Assembly (NCBI GenBank): GCA_963703955.1
Contig: CAVPGK010000015.1
Coordinates: 143,528 to 207,527, forward strand
Length of the DNA: 64,000 bases
Source: Nitrospirota bacterium
GTDB taxonomy: Bacteria; Nitrospirota; Nitrospiria; Nitrospirales; Nitrospiraceae
Direction of reading: 5' to 3'
In this document: positions 32,311-41,016 of the stretch, one piece after another
How the letters are laid out: every line of letters begins with the position of its first letter
Numbering within the stretch: the first letter of the stretch is position 1
Position numbers and translations under genes: made by a program
Notes under the pieces: model-generated
What the model was told of the DNA's origin: nothing
Database searches by the model: none
Seen by the model: the letters and a program-made list of their open reading frames with translations, nothing else

Positions 32311-33789
32311 GTGGTCGTGATGTTTTACCAAGGGAGGTTCTTGGGTCGCCTGCTGTGTGCTATGGTCGGACTCGCCGTGTTGTCCTCCTGCATCTCGATG
32401 ACCTCGCAGCGGAAGGAGGAATCCAGGTCTCATATCAAGAAGATCCACAAGGCGGACAAAGAAGGTCCGCAGACCATCACTCTGGGACAGCTTCGTGATG
32501 AAGTCCAGCGATTCGCGTATCGGTTTGGCTCCCACGTGAATGAGCCACTGAGCATCATGGGGGGGAGTGCCCTCTCATCCAACGTACGGCAACTGCTTTA
32601 CCGAATGAAGTTCAACAATACGTGGACGGTCGTCGACATTGCCGTCGGGCCAAATCCTGAGGTTAACTTGATCGACATGCTCGTGTTCGTCACCTTGTCG
32701 CGGACGGTCCTGGAGGACTACTGGGTTCCAAAGGTCTTCGCCGAGGAGGGGATGGTTCTCGCGAAAGCGCATCGAGACATGGAGGAGGATATCTGGAGCG
32801 TCGGAGCTCGAGTCCTCGATCGGGAGCAACAGGACGAGTTACGGGGTCTGATACGGAAATGGCGGGAACAACATCCCGAGATGCGATTTGTTGGGGCCAT
32901 CCGATTCGGGAACCTTGCCTCACAATTGGGTGATTCGAGCTTAGCCGATGTGCAGAAACCCGGCGGCTTGCTGGGACAGATGCAGCAAGCGACGGAGGCC
33001 GTCGACGAGGTCCGCCTCGCATCGGAGCGGTTTATGTTTCTTATGAGGGCCATGCTGCCACTCTCGCGACTTCAGGCAGAGGCAACCCTGAGCGGAATGT
33101 TGATGGAACCCGCAATCGAGCAGACGCTCTCTAATCTGAACCGACTCACGAGGTCCACCGAACGCTACGCGGCTCTGTTAGAGCGGCTTCCCGCTGAGCG
33201 GGATGAAACCCTGACGCAGGTAAGCCGCCTCATTGCCATGGAGCGGAAAAACTTCCTTGACGAGATCGTCCCTCACGAAGATCGCCTTCAGGGCGTGCTG
33301 ACGAGCCTCCGGGAGACGCTTGTGGAAGCAAACAAATTGATTGCGTCCGTCGAGTCCCTGGCTGCCAAATATGGTCCGGCTCAGGATCAGCCACCAAACC
33401 ACGCGCTCGCGGTGGCCGAACACAAACCCTTCGATATCAAGGACTATCAGCAAACCGTCAGTGGGGTGACCGACACCGTTCGGGAAACTCAGAAGCTTGC
33501 CATAACCCTGGAGCAGATCCTGAATTCCCCGGGATGGAAAGAGCGCATGCCGGAACTGCTCGGCACCATTGCTACCGTAGGCAAAGAAGGGGAGGGTTTA
33601 GTTGATTTCTCATTTCGCCGGGCGGTCTTTCTAGCTGGGACCTCGATATTAATGCTCTTTCTCCTCGCGTTCGTCCTGGTAAGATATGCGGTCAAAAAAG
33701 TTGCCGCGATCCGCGAATCCCCGAGCGGGGTGGTCAGACAGGAAGCACCTCAAGATCGCCGATCCCATCCCAGCAAAGTTATTGGATAA
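32311..33789 (+). CDS. Large hypothetical lipoprotein with C-terminal TM helix
   Basis: 492-aa ORF, lipobox LSSC, helical repeats, hydrophobic segment near the C-terminus. Confidence 0.8.
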   Translation: MVVMFYQGRFLGRLLCAMVGLAVLSSCISMTSQRKEESRSHIKKIHKADKEGPQTITLGQLRDEVQRFAYRFGSHVNEPLSIMGGSALSSNVRQLLYRMKFNNTWTVVDIAVGPNPEVNLIDMLVFVTLSRTVLEDYWVPKVFAEEGMVLAKAHRDMEEDIWSVGARVLDREQQDELRGLIRKWREQHPEMRFVGAIRFGNLASQLGDSSLADVQKPGGLLGQMQQATEAVDEVRLASERFMFLMRAMLPLSRLQAEATLSGMLMEPAIEQTLSNLNRLTRSTERYAALLERLPAERDETLTQVSRLIAMERKNFLDEIVPHEDRLQGVLTSLRETLVEANKLIASVESLAAKYGPAQDQPPNHALAVAEHKPFDIKDYQQTVSGVTDTVRETQKLAITLEQILNSPGWKERMPELLGTIATVGKEGEGLVDFSFRRAVFLAGTSILMLFLLAFVLVRYAVKKVAAIRESPSGVVRQEAPQDRRSHPSKVIG

Positions 33790-33814
33790 CACCGAAGGAG
33801 GCGGGGGCGGACCG

Positions 33815-33882
33815 CCTTTTTGTCCTCCCAACGCGAGCCTGAAATGGGACCCACGCTCATGCCGGGGGAGGGGTGTGCCCAT
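33815..33882 (+). repeat. Island repeat element X, copy 8 (class A)
   Basis: CCTTTTTGTCCTCCCAACGCGAGCCTGAAATGGGACCCACGCTCATGCCGGGGAGGGGTGTGCCCATC. Confidence 0.85.
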
Positions 33883-34055
33883 CACAGGTGTAGTCTGTTT
33901 TGGCAAGTGTTAAATAGGTGTTAGCGAGAGCGACAAAACGGGCAGGATACCGACAAAGAGAAGCAAAGTGAGAGGAGACTTTAACTAGTCCTAGTCTTTG
34001 AATAATAAGGGGATTACCCAGGCCATCAAGGACTTGAGTAATCCCCTCTGTATCC

Positions 34056-34095
34056 ATTTTGAGTCTGGCGCGTCTGCCAGTTCCGCCATCCGGGC
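34056..34095 (-). repeat. att direct repeat: 5' half of tRNA-Leu(CAA)
   Basis: 40/40 identical to 17590-17629; identity stops just after the anticodon loop. Confidence 0.95.
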
Positions 34096-34127
34096 TTCAG
34101 CGCTTGTTGAGAACATCCCGCCGCCCT

Positions 34128-34156
34128 CTTCTAACACGATCACCCCGCATCGTCAA
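34128..34156 (-). promoter_or_regulatory. Likely native tRNA-Leu promoter
   Basis: Minus strand TTGACG-N17-TAGAAG with extended TGn, about 30 nt upstream of the tRNA 5' fragment. Confidence 0.5.
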
Positions 34157-34265
34157 TTCAGCTGCCGCCCTTTTCATTCGTCGAAGTGGCGTGATAAGAT
34201 CCCCTGCGTTGCCGTGATCCGGTTGGGCGCGCTTCGCGTAAGGTTTGCAGAGGGAGGGAGATCCA

Positions 34266-34550
34266 ATGACACAGCTTCAACAGGTCCACTGTGTAAAATG
34301 CGGAAAAGACGGTGACCCCATCACCGATCCTCTCTACTTAGGGCGGATGGAAGCCGAAATAAAGTCGAACGTCTGCAAGAGTTGCTGGAAAGAATGGGAA
34401 GGAATGAGAGTGATGGTGATCAACGAATATCAGGTGAATCTGGGTGAAGAAAGCGGCCGAGAGCTGGTCAGAAAGCAAATGCGCGCGTTTCTCAAGCTCG
34501 GGGAAACCGTGGACACCTCAAGGTTACAGCAAAACTATCGACCCCAGTGA
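34266..34550 (+). CDS. yggX: Fe(II)-trafficking / oxidative damage protection protein (YggX-like)
   Basis: VHCVKC...CKSCWKEW..MVINEYQVNL..QMRAFL. Confidence 0.8.
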   Translation: MTQLQQVHCVKCGKDGDPITDPLYLGRMEAEIKSNVCKSCWKEWEGMRVMVINEYQVNLGEESGRELVRKQMRAFLKLGETVDTSRLQQNYRPQ

Positions 34551-34586
34551 CGGCGGCGGTGCAATCCGACGCGATGAACTAAGCTC

Positions 34587-35468
34587 TTGCCTCAACCGTC
34601 TCACCAGCGGCGTCTTGTATCTGGAAATCGAAACAATCAGGAGCGCCGTTCCACTCTTCGGTTCTCCCAAGAACACAGTTCTCCCCGGCTGGCGAATCAG
34701 GTGGCCCTCATCACAGGAGCCGGCCGTGGGATCGGTCGCGCTACGGCGGAATTGTTCGCTCGGGAGGGGGCACAGGTCGTCATTTGCTCCCGGACGCGAG
34801 GCGAACTTGCGCGCGTGCTCGCTGTCATCAATACCGCGGGAGGAGAGGCCACGGGTCGGGTCGCGGACATCGGATCCGCACGGCAGGCTCAGGCACTGGT
34901 CGATCTGACCGTTCGTCGGTATGGGCGGCTTGATCTTCTGATCAACAACGCCGGCATCCTAGGACCGCGGGTGCCGATTACGGAGTATCCGCCGCGTGAC
35001 TGGGACAGCGTGCTGCGAATCAACCTCAGCGGCACCTTTTACATTTCCCGGCAGGCCGCCGCCAGAATGGTCGACCAACAGGGCGGATGTATTATCACAC
35101 TGTCCTCCTCTGTGGGCAGGATCGGCCGCGGTGCCTGGGGCGCTTATGCCGTCTCCAAATTCGGCATCGAAGGTCTGAGCCAGGTGATGGCCGATGAACT
35201 GCGGTCAGACGGCATTTGCGTCCTTACATTCAACCCCGGGGGGACACGGACCGAGATGCGCAAAGAAGCCTATCCCTCTGAAGACCCTTCCAAGCTTCGC
35301 GATCCTGCTGAAGTAGCGAAAGCACTCTTACGTCTGGTCCTTGTGTCCTCCCCCGACATTTCGGGCCGGGCCTATGACCTTGACCATCTACCGTATACCT
35401 TCTCTTCGAGTAGATGCGCAAAAGGCGTCGGATTCGTTGACAACATGCAAAGCTCAGTGATAGATTGA
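34587..35468 (+). CDS. SDR family oxidoreductase
   Basis: TGAGRGIG, NNAG, YAVSK, NPGGTRT; start uncertain. Confidence 0.92.
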   Translation: MPQPSHQRRLVSGNRNNQERRSTLRFSQEHSSPRLANQVALITGAGRGIGRATAELFAREGAQVVICSRTRGELARVLAVINTAGGEATGRVADIGSARQAQALVDLTVRRYGRLDLLINNAGILGPRVPITEYPPRDWDSVLRINLSGTFYISRQAAARMVDQQGGCIITLSSSVGRIGRGAWGAYAVSKFGIEGLSQVMADELRSDGICVLTFNPGGTRTEMRKEAYPSEDPSKLRDPAEVAKALLRLVLVSSPDISGRAYDLDHLPYTFSSSRCAKGVGFVDNMQSSVID

Positions 35469-35516
35469 CGTGATTTCGCCTGGCGGGCTGTCGACCCACT
35501 GAGAGCCTGAATCACC

Positions 35517-35972
35517 ATGATTACACAGATGAAAGTTCGCGGACTGATGTTCGATCCTTATAATAACGCGTACATTGTGATCCTTCGCGACGAGGAACAC
35601 TCGGATATGCTGCCGATCTGGGTAGGAAAATCGGAAGCCAGTTCGATCAGCTTTGCGCTCGAGGGGATTGCGACCCCGCGGCCGATGACTCACGATCTGA
35701 TGAAATCGGTCCTCGACACGGTCGACGCCAAGGTTATCAGCGTGGTCGTGACGGACATGAAGGACAATACCTACTACTCAAGAATACACCTGACGTATGA
35801 AGATTCAGAATACTCGATCGACTCCCGGCCGAGCGATGCCATCGCCTTGGCGTTGAGGACCAATGCTCCGATCTTTGCCAGCGAGGAGGTCATCCGGAAG
35901 CAGGCATCCGAAGAATTGGACCAATGGTTGGAAAATCTGAAGCCCGAAGACTTTGGTAAGTACGAGTCCTGA
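35517..35972 (+). CDS. Bifunctional nuclease family (DUF151) protein
   Basis: LPIWVG..EA, RPMTHDL, DSRPSDAIALALR. Confidence 0.93.
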   Translation: MITQMKVRGLMFDPYNNAYIVILRDEEHSDMLPIWVGKSEASSISFALEGIATPRPMTHDLMKSVLDTVDAKVISVVVTDMKDNTYYSRIHLTYEDSEYSIDSRPSDAIALALRTNAPIFASEEVIRKQASEELDQWLENLKPEDFGKYES

Positions 35973-36091
35973 TCTGTGGCGTGCCCATCGAACCTGATCC
36001 CATGCCGACCTTCGCTCTCCGATGAGGCCTGAGAAAAAGTCGTCAGGCGCCTCCAAGCCTTCGGCTCTATTGAAGTGAATGTCGAACTTTC

Positions 36092-36571
36092 ATGGAACAT
36101 AAAGAGGAATCTTCCGAACTAGTTCGGCTGAAAGTGCACGGGGTCTTGGCCGATCCCAATACCGAGACTCAGATTGTCATTCTTCGTGACGAACACAACG
36201 CCGACATACTTCCAATCTGGGTTGGGACTGCGGAGGGGAATGCGATTCGACTTGCGCTGGAAGGCATTGTGACGCCGCGACCGATGAGTCACGATCTGAT
36301 CCGAAGCGTCGCGGAGCATCTCAATATCAAGGTATCTCGCGTCGTTGTGACGGACGTCAGGAACAATACGTACTATGCGTCGATCCATTTGGTCTCGGAG
36401 GAATCGGAGCGCGTTGTCGATTCCCGCCCGAGCGATGCCATCGCCCTGGCCCTTCGTACAAATTGCCCCATCTACGTCACACCGGGCGTCCTCAAACAAC
36501 GGGGCGGCGGAAACCTCGACGCCTGGTTAGAAAAACTGGACACCAAAAACTTCGGGAAGTACGAAGTCTAA
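36092..36571 (+). CDS. Bifunctional nuclease family (DUF151) protein, tandem paralog
   Basis: LPIWVG, RPMSHDL, DSRPSDAIALALR. Confidence 0.93.
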   Translation: MEHKEESSELVRLKVHGVLADPNTETQIVILRDEHNADILPIWVGTAEGNAIRLALEGIVTPRPMSHDLIRSVAEHLNIKVSRVVVTDVRNNTYYASIHLVSEESERVVDSRPSDAIALALRTNCPIYVTPGVLKQRGGGNLDAWLEKLDTKNFGKYEV

Positions 36572-36613
36572 ACAGCAGCCGATCCCTGGCAACAGGGAGG
36601 AAAGAAACGGAAG

Positions 36614-37042
36614 ATGGGCACGTATCTCGCCAAACCTTCTGAGGTCACACGAAAATGGCACTTGGTCGATGCCAACGGCAAGACACTAGGGCGACTAGCC
36701 GCACGGGTCGCCATTCTCTTGAGAGGAAAGCATAAGCCCACGTTTACCCCGCACGTCGATACCGGCGACCATGTGGTGATCATCAACGCCGAAAAGGTTC
36801 GCCTCAGCGGCGACAAAATGCGGACCAAGACGTACATCCATCATAGCGGGTATCCGGGCGGACTCAAGTCCGAAACCGCTGAGCATCTTCACGCCAGACG
36901 GCCGACGGAACTGCTCGCGCGAGCCATCAAGGGCATGCTTCCGAAGACCACGTTGGGAAAGCAGATGGCCAGAAAATTGAAAGTGTACGCAGGCGCGGAG
37001 CATCCCCATCGCGCTCAACGCCCGGAATCAATCACACTGTAA
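36614..37042 (+). CDS. rplM: 50S ribosomal protein L13
   Basis: [33 protein letters not shown]. Confidence 0.98.
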   Translation: MGTYLAKPSEVTRKWHLVDANGKTLGRLAARVAILLRGKHKPTFTPHVDTGDHVVIINAEKVRLSGDKMRTKTYIHHSGYPGGLKSETAEHLHARRPTELLARAIKGMLPKTTLGKQMARKLKVYAGAEHPHRAQRPESITL

Positions 37043-37069
37043 CAGATCCGATCAGAGGAGGCCCGCAGT

Positions 37070-37462
37070 ATGGCAGTGGCTGCACAATACGCGACCGGAA
37101 AACGGAAGTCCGCCATCGTCAGAGCGTGGCTGTCTTCGGGGTCCGGCGAGATGACGATCAACACCAAACCCTTGGAGCAGTACTTTCCACGACCTTCCTT
37201 GAGAAGCATGATCCAGCACCCTCTCGAGGTGGCGGGCATGCTCGGGAAATTCAATGTGCGCGCCACCGTCTGTGGCGGAGGAACGACCGGACAGGCCGGC
37301 GCGCTGAGGCATGCCATCGCCCGAGCCTTGGTCGCGATGAGTCCTTCCACCCGGGAGCCACTGAAAAAAGAGGGATTCCTCACCAGGGACTCCCGCGTGA
37401 AAGAACGGAAGAAATACGGCCAGAAAGGGGCCAGGAAGCGCTTTCAGTATTCCAAACGGTAA
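37070..37462 (+). CDS. rpsI: 30S ribosomal protein S9
   Basis: TGKRKSAIVR, GGGTTGQAGA, LTRDSRVKERKKYG..QYSKR. Confidence 0.98.
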   Translation: MAVAAQYATGKRKSAIVRAWLSSGSGEMTINTKPLEQYFPRPSLRSMIQHPLEVAGMLGKFNVRATVCGGGTTGQAGALRHAIARALVAMSPSTREPLKKEGFLTRDSRVKERKKYGQKGARKRFQYSKR

Positions 37463-37482
37463 CGAGGATCTTTGAGCGAGCT

Positions 37483-37512
37483 AAGGGAAGGCGCAAGGGC
37501 CTTCCCTTTTTT
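37483..37512 (+). terminator. Rho-independent terminator after rpsI
   Basis: AAGGGAAGGC-GCAAGG-GCCTTCCCTT-TTTT. Confidence 0.85.
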
Positions 37513-37545
37513 ACGATGTGAGAGAGTAACAACGGGAACTACACC

Positions 37546-38646
37546 GTGACTGTGACCGGAACAGCCAAGGTTGCAGTGATGGGAGCCAGCGGGTACACCG
37601 GGGGGGAACTGCTGCGGCTACTCGACGCACATCCTCGCATGGAAGTCATCGCGGTGACTGCCGACAAACATGTCGGGAGTGCCGTGTCGACTGTCTTTCC
37701 CTCTCTCGCGTCCACACTGCCCTCGCTTTCCTTCGAGCCTCTGGCTCCGGAGACTATCGCGCAACGAATCGACGCCGTTTTCATCGCGCTTCCCCATACG
37801 AAATCACTGGACCCGGTGGCCGCGTGTCTGGCTGCCGGAAAGCCCGTCGTCGATCTGAGCGCGGATTACCGCCTGAAAAGTGCGACACTGTATGAGACGT
37901 GGTATCAGATCCCTCACCCGCATCCCGGCCTGTTGAAGGAGGCCGTCTATGGGCTCCCGGAACTTCGACGTTCGGAAATCCGCAACGCCCGCTTGGTGGC
38001 GTCACCTGGCTGTTACGCGACTGCCGCTGTTCTTCAGCTGGCCCCCTTGGTGGCCCACGGCCTGATCCATCCGGACTCGATCCTCGTGGACGCGAAATCC
38101 GGAGTGTCCGGCGCAGGGCGCAGCCCCGCACTGCCCTATCATTTTCCGGAGGCGCATGAGTCGCTTGAAGCTTACAAGATCGGCCGGCATCGCCACCTCC
38201 CTGAAATTGAACAGGAACTCAGCGCCCTGTGGTCAGGGCGGCTACGCCCCGAGGCGGCACCGCTGGGGGCGGACGACACTGCCTTGAACGTTGTCTTCAC
38301 GCCCCATCTGGTACCCATGAATCGTGGCATTCTTAGCACTGCCTATTGCCGTCTTCGTCAGCCCGTGGACGTATCCGACCTTCGTGCGCTGTACGGCACG
38401 TTCTACAAAGGCGAGCGATTCATTCGATTGAAAGACCCGGACACTTCTCCCAATCCCAGCCACGTTCGGGGATCGAATTTTTGCGACCTGGCCGTCTTTA
38501 CCGATAGGAGGGCCGGATGGGTCATCAGCGTGGCCGCCTTAGACAATCTCGTCAAGGGCGCGGCCGGACAAGCCATTCAAGCCATGAATATCATGATGGG
38601 ATTTCCCGAGGAACTCGGCCTGACCGCGCCCGGAGTGTTTCCATGA
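37546..38646 (+). CDS. argC: N-acetyl-gamma-glutamyl-phosphate reductase
   Basis: GASGYTGGEL, DLSADYR, PGCYATA, SGVSGAG, DNLVKGAAGQA. Confidence 0.97.
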   Translation: MTVTGTAKVAVMGASGYTGGELLRLLDAHPRMEVIAVTADKHVGSAVSTVFPSLASTLPSLSFEPLAPETIAQRIDAVFIALPHTKSLDPVAACLAAGKPVVDLSADYRLKSATLYETWYQIPHPHPGLLKEAVYGLPELRRSEIRNARLVASPGCYATAAVLQLAPLVAHGLIHPDSILVDAKSGVSGAGRSPALPYHFPEAHESLEAYKIGRHRHLPEIEQELSALWSGRLRPEAAPLGADDTALNVVFTPHLVPMNRGILSTAYCRLRQPVDVSDLRALYGTFYKGERFIRLKDPDTSPNPSHVRGSNFCDLAVFTDRRAGWVISVAALDNLVKGAAGQAIQAMNIMMGFPEELGLTAPGVFP

Positions 38647-38692
38647 CTCTGCCTTCCGTCGTGTGTCATTTCTCTTCCCCCGAGCCACGTTT

Positions 38693-39898
38693 ATGAGAAC
38701 GGTCCGCGGTGGCGTGACGGCCCCGCTCGGTTTTCTTGCCGCAGGCATTCACGCCGGAATCAAGAAACCATCGATCCCCGACCTGGCCCTGGTGGTGTCC
38801 GCCCGATCAGGACCGATTGCAGGGGTCTTTACGAAAAATCGAATCCCGGCGGCTCCCGTCCAGCTTGATCGACTTCATCTCAAGCGCGGCGTCGGACGGG
38901 CTATCATCGTAAACAGCGGCAATGCCAATGCCTTCACGGGGTCTCATGGGTTGGCCGATGCAGCGGCCATGGCGAGCCTTGTGGCGCAGCAACTCAACAC
39001 CGACCCACACACCGTGTTCGTCGGCTCCACCGGCGTCATCAGTCAACCGCTTCCCATGTCCCGTATCAGGGCGGGCATTCCATCCCTGATGGCGCGACTC
39101 AGACGATCAGGAGGACGGCAAGCGGCCCGGGCGATCCTGACCACGGACCTCACCTGCAAGGAGGTCGCGATCCAGACATCGATCGGCGGCCGGACTGTCA
39201 CTGTGGGAGGCATGGCGAAAGGCTCCGGGATGATTCACCCGGATATGGCGACCATGCTGGCCTATCTAACGACGGATGCCGCAATCGAGCAACCTGCCCT
39301 TCAGCGTGCTCTGGTCACGGCCGTCGATTCGTCATTCAACTGCATATCGGTCGACGGCGATACCAGCACCAATGACACGGTGCTCTGCCTTGCCAATGGA
39401 ATGGCGGGGAACCCTGCGCTGCGAGCAGGATCGCCCGAGACGGCACTCTTTCAAGCCATGGTGGACCGGGTCTGCTTCATACTCGCGATGAAGGTCTGCC
39501 GAGATGGCGAAGGCGTGACCAAAGTGGTTGAGTTGGTCGTCACCGGCGCCAAGACCGTGACCGATGCGAAGCAGGTCGCCAGAACCATCGGCACATCGAG
39601 CCTCGTTAAGACCGCCTTTTTCGGAGAAGATGCCAATTGGGGACGGATTATCGCGGCTATCGGTCGGGCAGGTATCCCCCTGAATCCCGAGCGAATCGGT
39701 CTGTGCTTCAATGGCGTCCCAATCGTCAACGCGGGAAAAGGAGCCGGCCCGGCCGCCGAGCAGCGGATCAGCCGGATCATGCGCCGCAAGGAGTACACCA
39801 TTAGCGTCGACCTCGGACTTGGATCGTCCACCGCGAGGCTCTGGACTACCGACCTGTCGTACGATTACGTGAAGATCAACGCGTCGTATCGGTCGTAG
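38693..39898 (+). CDS. argJ: Bifunctional ornithine acetyltransferase
   Basis: NSGNANA, KGSGMIHPDMATML, DGDTSTND, DGEG, DANWGR. Confidence 0.97.
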   Translation: MRTVRGGVTAPLGFLAAGIHAGIKKPSIPDLALVVSARSGPIAGVFTKNRIPAAPVQLDRLHLKRGVGRAIIVNSGNANAFTGSHGLADAAAMASLVAQQLNTDPHTVFVGSTGVISQPLPMSRIRAGIPSLMARLRRSGGRQAARAILTTDLTCKEVAIQTSIGGRTVTVGGMAKGSGMIHPDMATMLAYLTTDAAIEQPALQRALVTAVDSSFNCISVDGDTSTNDTVLCLANGMAGNPALRAGSPETALFQAMVDRVCFILAMKVCRDGEGVTKVVELVVTGAKTVTDAKQVARTIGTSSLVKTAFFGEDANWGRIIAAIGRAGIPLNPERIGLCFNGVPIVNAGKGAGPAAEQRISRIMRRKEYTISVDLGLGSSTARLWTTDLSYDYVKINASYRS

Positions 39899-40160
39899 CG
39901 GGTCGCCTCGTTCCTTTTCCTGCCAGGAGTTGATTCGATCATTTCCTGCCTTGCAAAGTATGAGAAACTGTGTTAGTTTTCAAATGCTTTACGGGCCTTC
40001 GATTCATTCGGATCTCTCGGATACACTGCCTGTTTTCTACAGGTCCATTATCAAAATTCACATTGGCGTGATGAGCACGCCACTTGGCTTGGGATTAAGG
40101 GGAGAGAGACCTCTCGTCGGCTTCGTTCCGGCGCTCCGCAAGCGAGGAAGGGGGTGAAAG

Positions 40161-40955
40161 ATGATCACGATTAAGGAACTACTTGAGGCCGGCGTTCATT
40201 TCGGACACCAGACTAATCGGTGGAACCCAAAGATGAAACGTTACATTTTCGGGGAACGCAACGGCATTTACATCATCGACCTTCAACAGACCGTTCAACG
40301 CTTTCAGGCCGCTTATGATTTTGTCCGCGATACGGTCGCCGCAGGGGAGCCGGTCTTGTTCGTCGGAACCAAACGCCAGGCCGTCGACATTCTTGAGGAA
40401 GAGGCCAAACGCTGCCGCATGTTTTATGTCAACCAACGGTGGCTGGGCGGGATGCTCACCAATTTCCAGACAATTCGACGGAGCATCGATAAGCTCAAGA
40501 AGTTCGAAGCTGCCCTGACGGACGGCACCCATGAGCGACTGACGAAGAAAGAAGTTGGCCAGATGGAGAAAGAACGCCTCAAATTGGAGAAAAGTCTTAG
40601 CGGGATCAAGAACATGAATCGTCTGCCCGGCTGCGTCTTCGTCCTGGATACGCGGACCGAGCGAATCGCGGTTCAAGAAGCGAATCGACTCAGCGTTCCT
40701 GTCGTGGCCATCGTCGACACCAACTGCGATCCGGATGGGATCGACTATCCAATCCCGGGAAACGACGACGCGATTCGATCCATCAAGCTGATTGCATCGC
40801 GGATTGCCGATGCGTGCATCGAAGGCGCCCATCTTCGCGCGCAACAGGAAGAGATCGAAAAAGTGGAGGCCCTCCCGGTGGCCGATATGCGCGTGGGAAT
40901 ACGGTCATCCCAACCAGCCGCCGTGGGTGCAGAGAGCGTTTCGACTCCATCCTGA
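40161..40955 (+). CDS. rpsB: 30S ribosomal protein S2
   Basis: [42 protein letters not shown]. Confidence 0.98.
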   Translation: MITIKELLEAGVHFGHQTNRWNPKMKRYIFGERNGIYIIDLQQTVQRFQAAYDFVRDTVAAGEPVLFVGTKRQAVDILEEEAKRCRMFYVNQRWLGGMLTNFQTIRRSIDKLKKFEAALTDGTHERLTKKEVGQMEKERLKLEKSLSGIKNMNRLPGCVFVLDTRTERIAVQEANRLSVPVVAIVDTNCDPDGIDYPIPGNDDAIRSIKLIASRIADACIEGAHLRAQQEEIEKVEALPVADMRVGIRSSQPAAVGAESVSTPS

Positions 40956-41016
40956 AGGTTGATGACACGGATTATCTGCAACCGCAAGATGACGAGAAGA
41001 GAGGAGCGCGACGCGA

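Larger units (their letters stand above)
17590..34095. mobile_element. ~16.5 kb tRNA-Leu-integrated genomic island
   Basis: Identical 40-bp direct repeats ATTTTGAGTCTGGCGCGTCTGCCAGTTCCGCCATCCGGGC at 17590-17629 and 34056-34095; integrase remnant near one end; visibly more AT-rich and low coding density. Confidence 0.92.

Noticed and set aside
19524..33882. CRISPR array or classical integron interpretation of the island repeats
   Set aside because: Spacing is hundreds to thousands of bp and irregular, there are no cas genes, the repeats lack attC RYYYAAC...GTTRRRY ends, and I saw no IntI-specific insertion in the integrase.
40055..40160. rpsB leader RNA
   Set aside because: A GGCGTG/CACGCC hairpin is present and an S2 leader is plausible, but I cannot match a defined family by eye.
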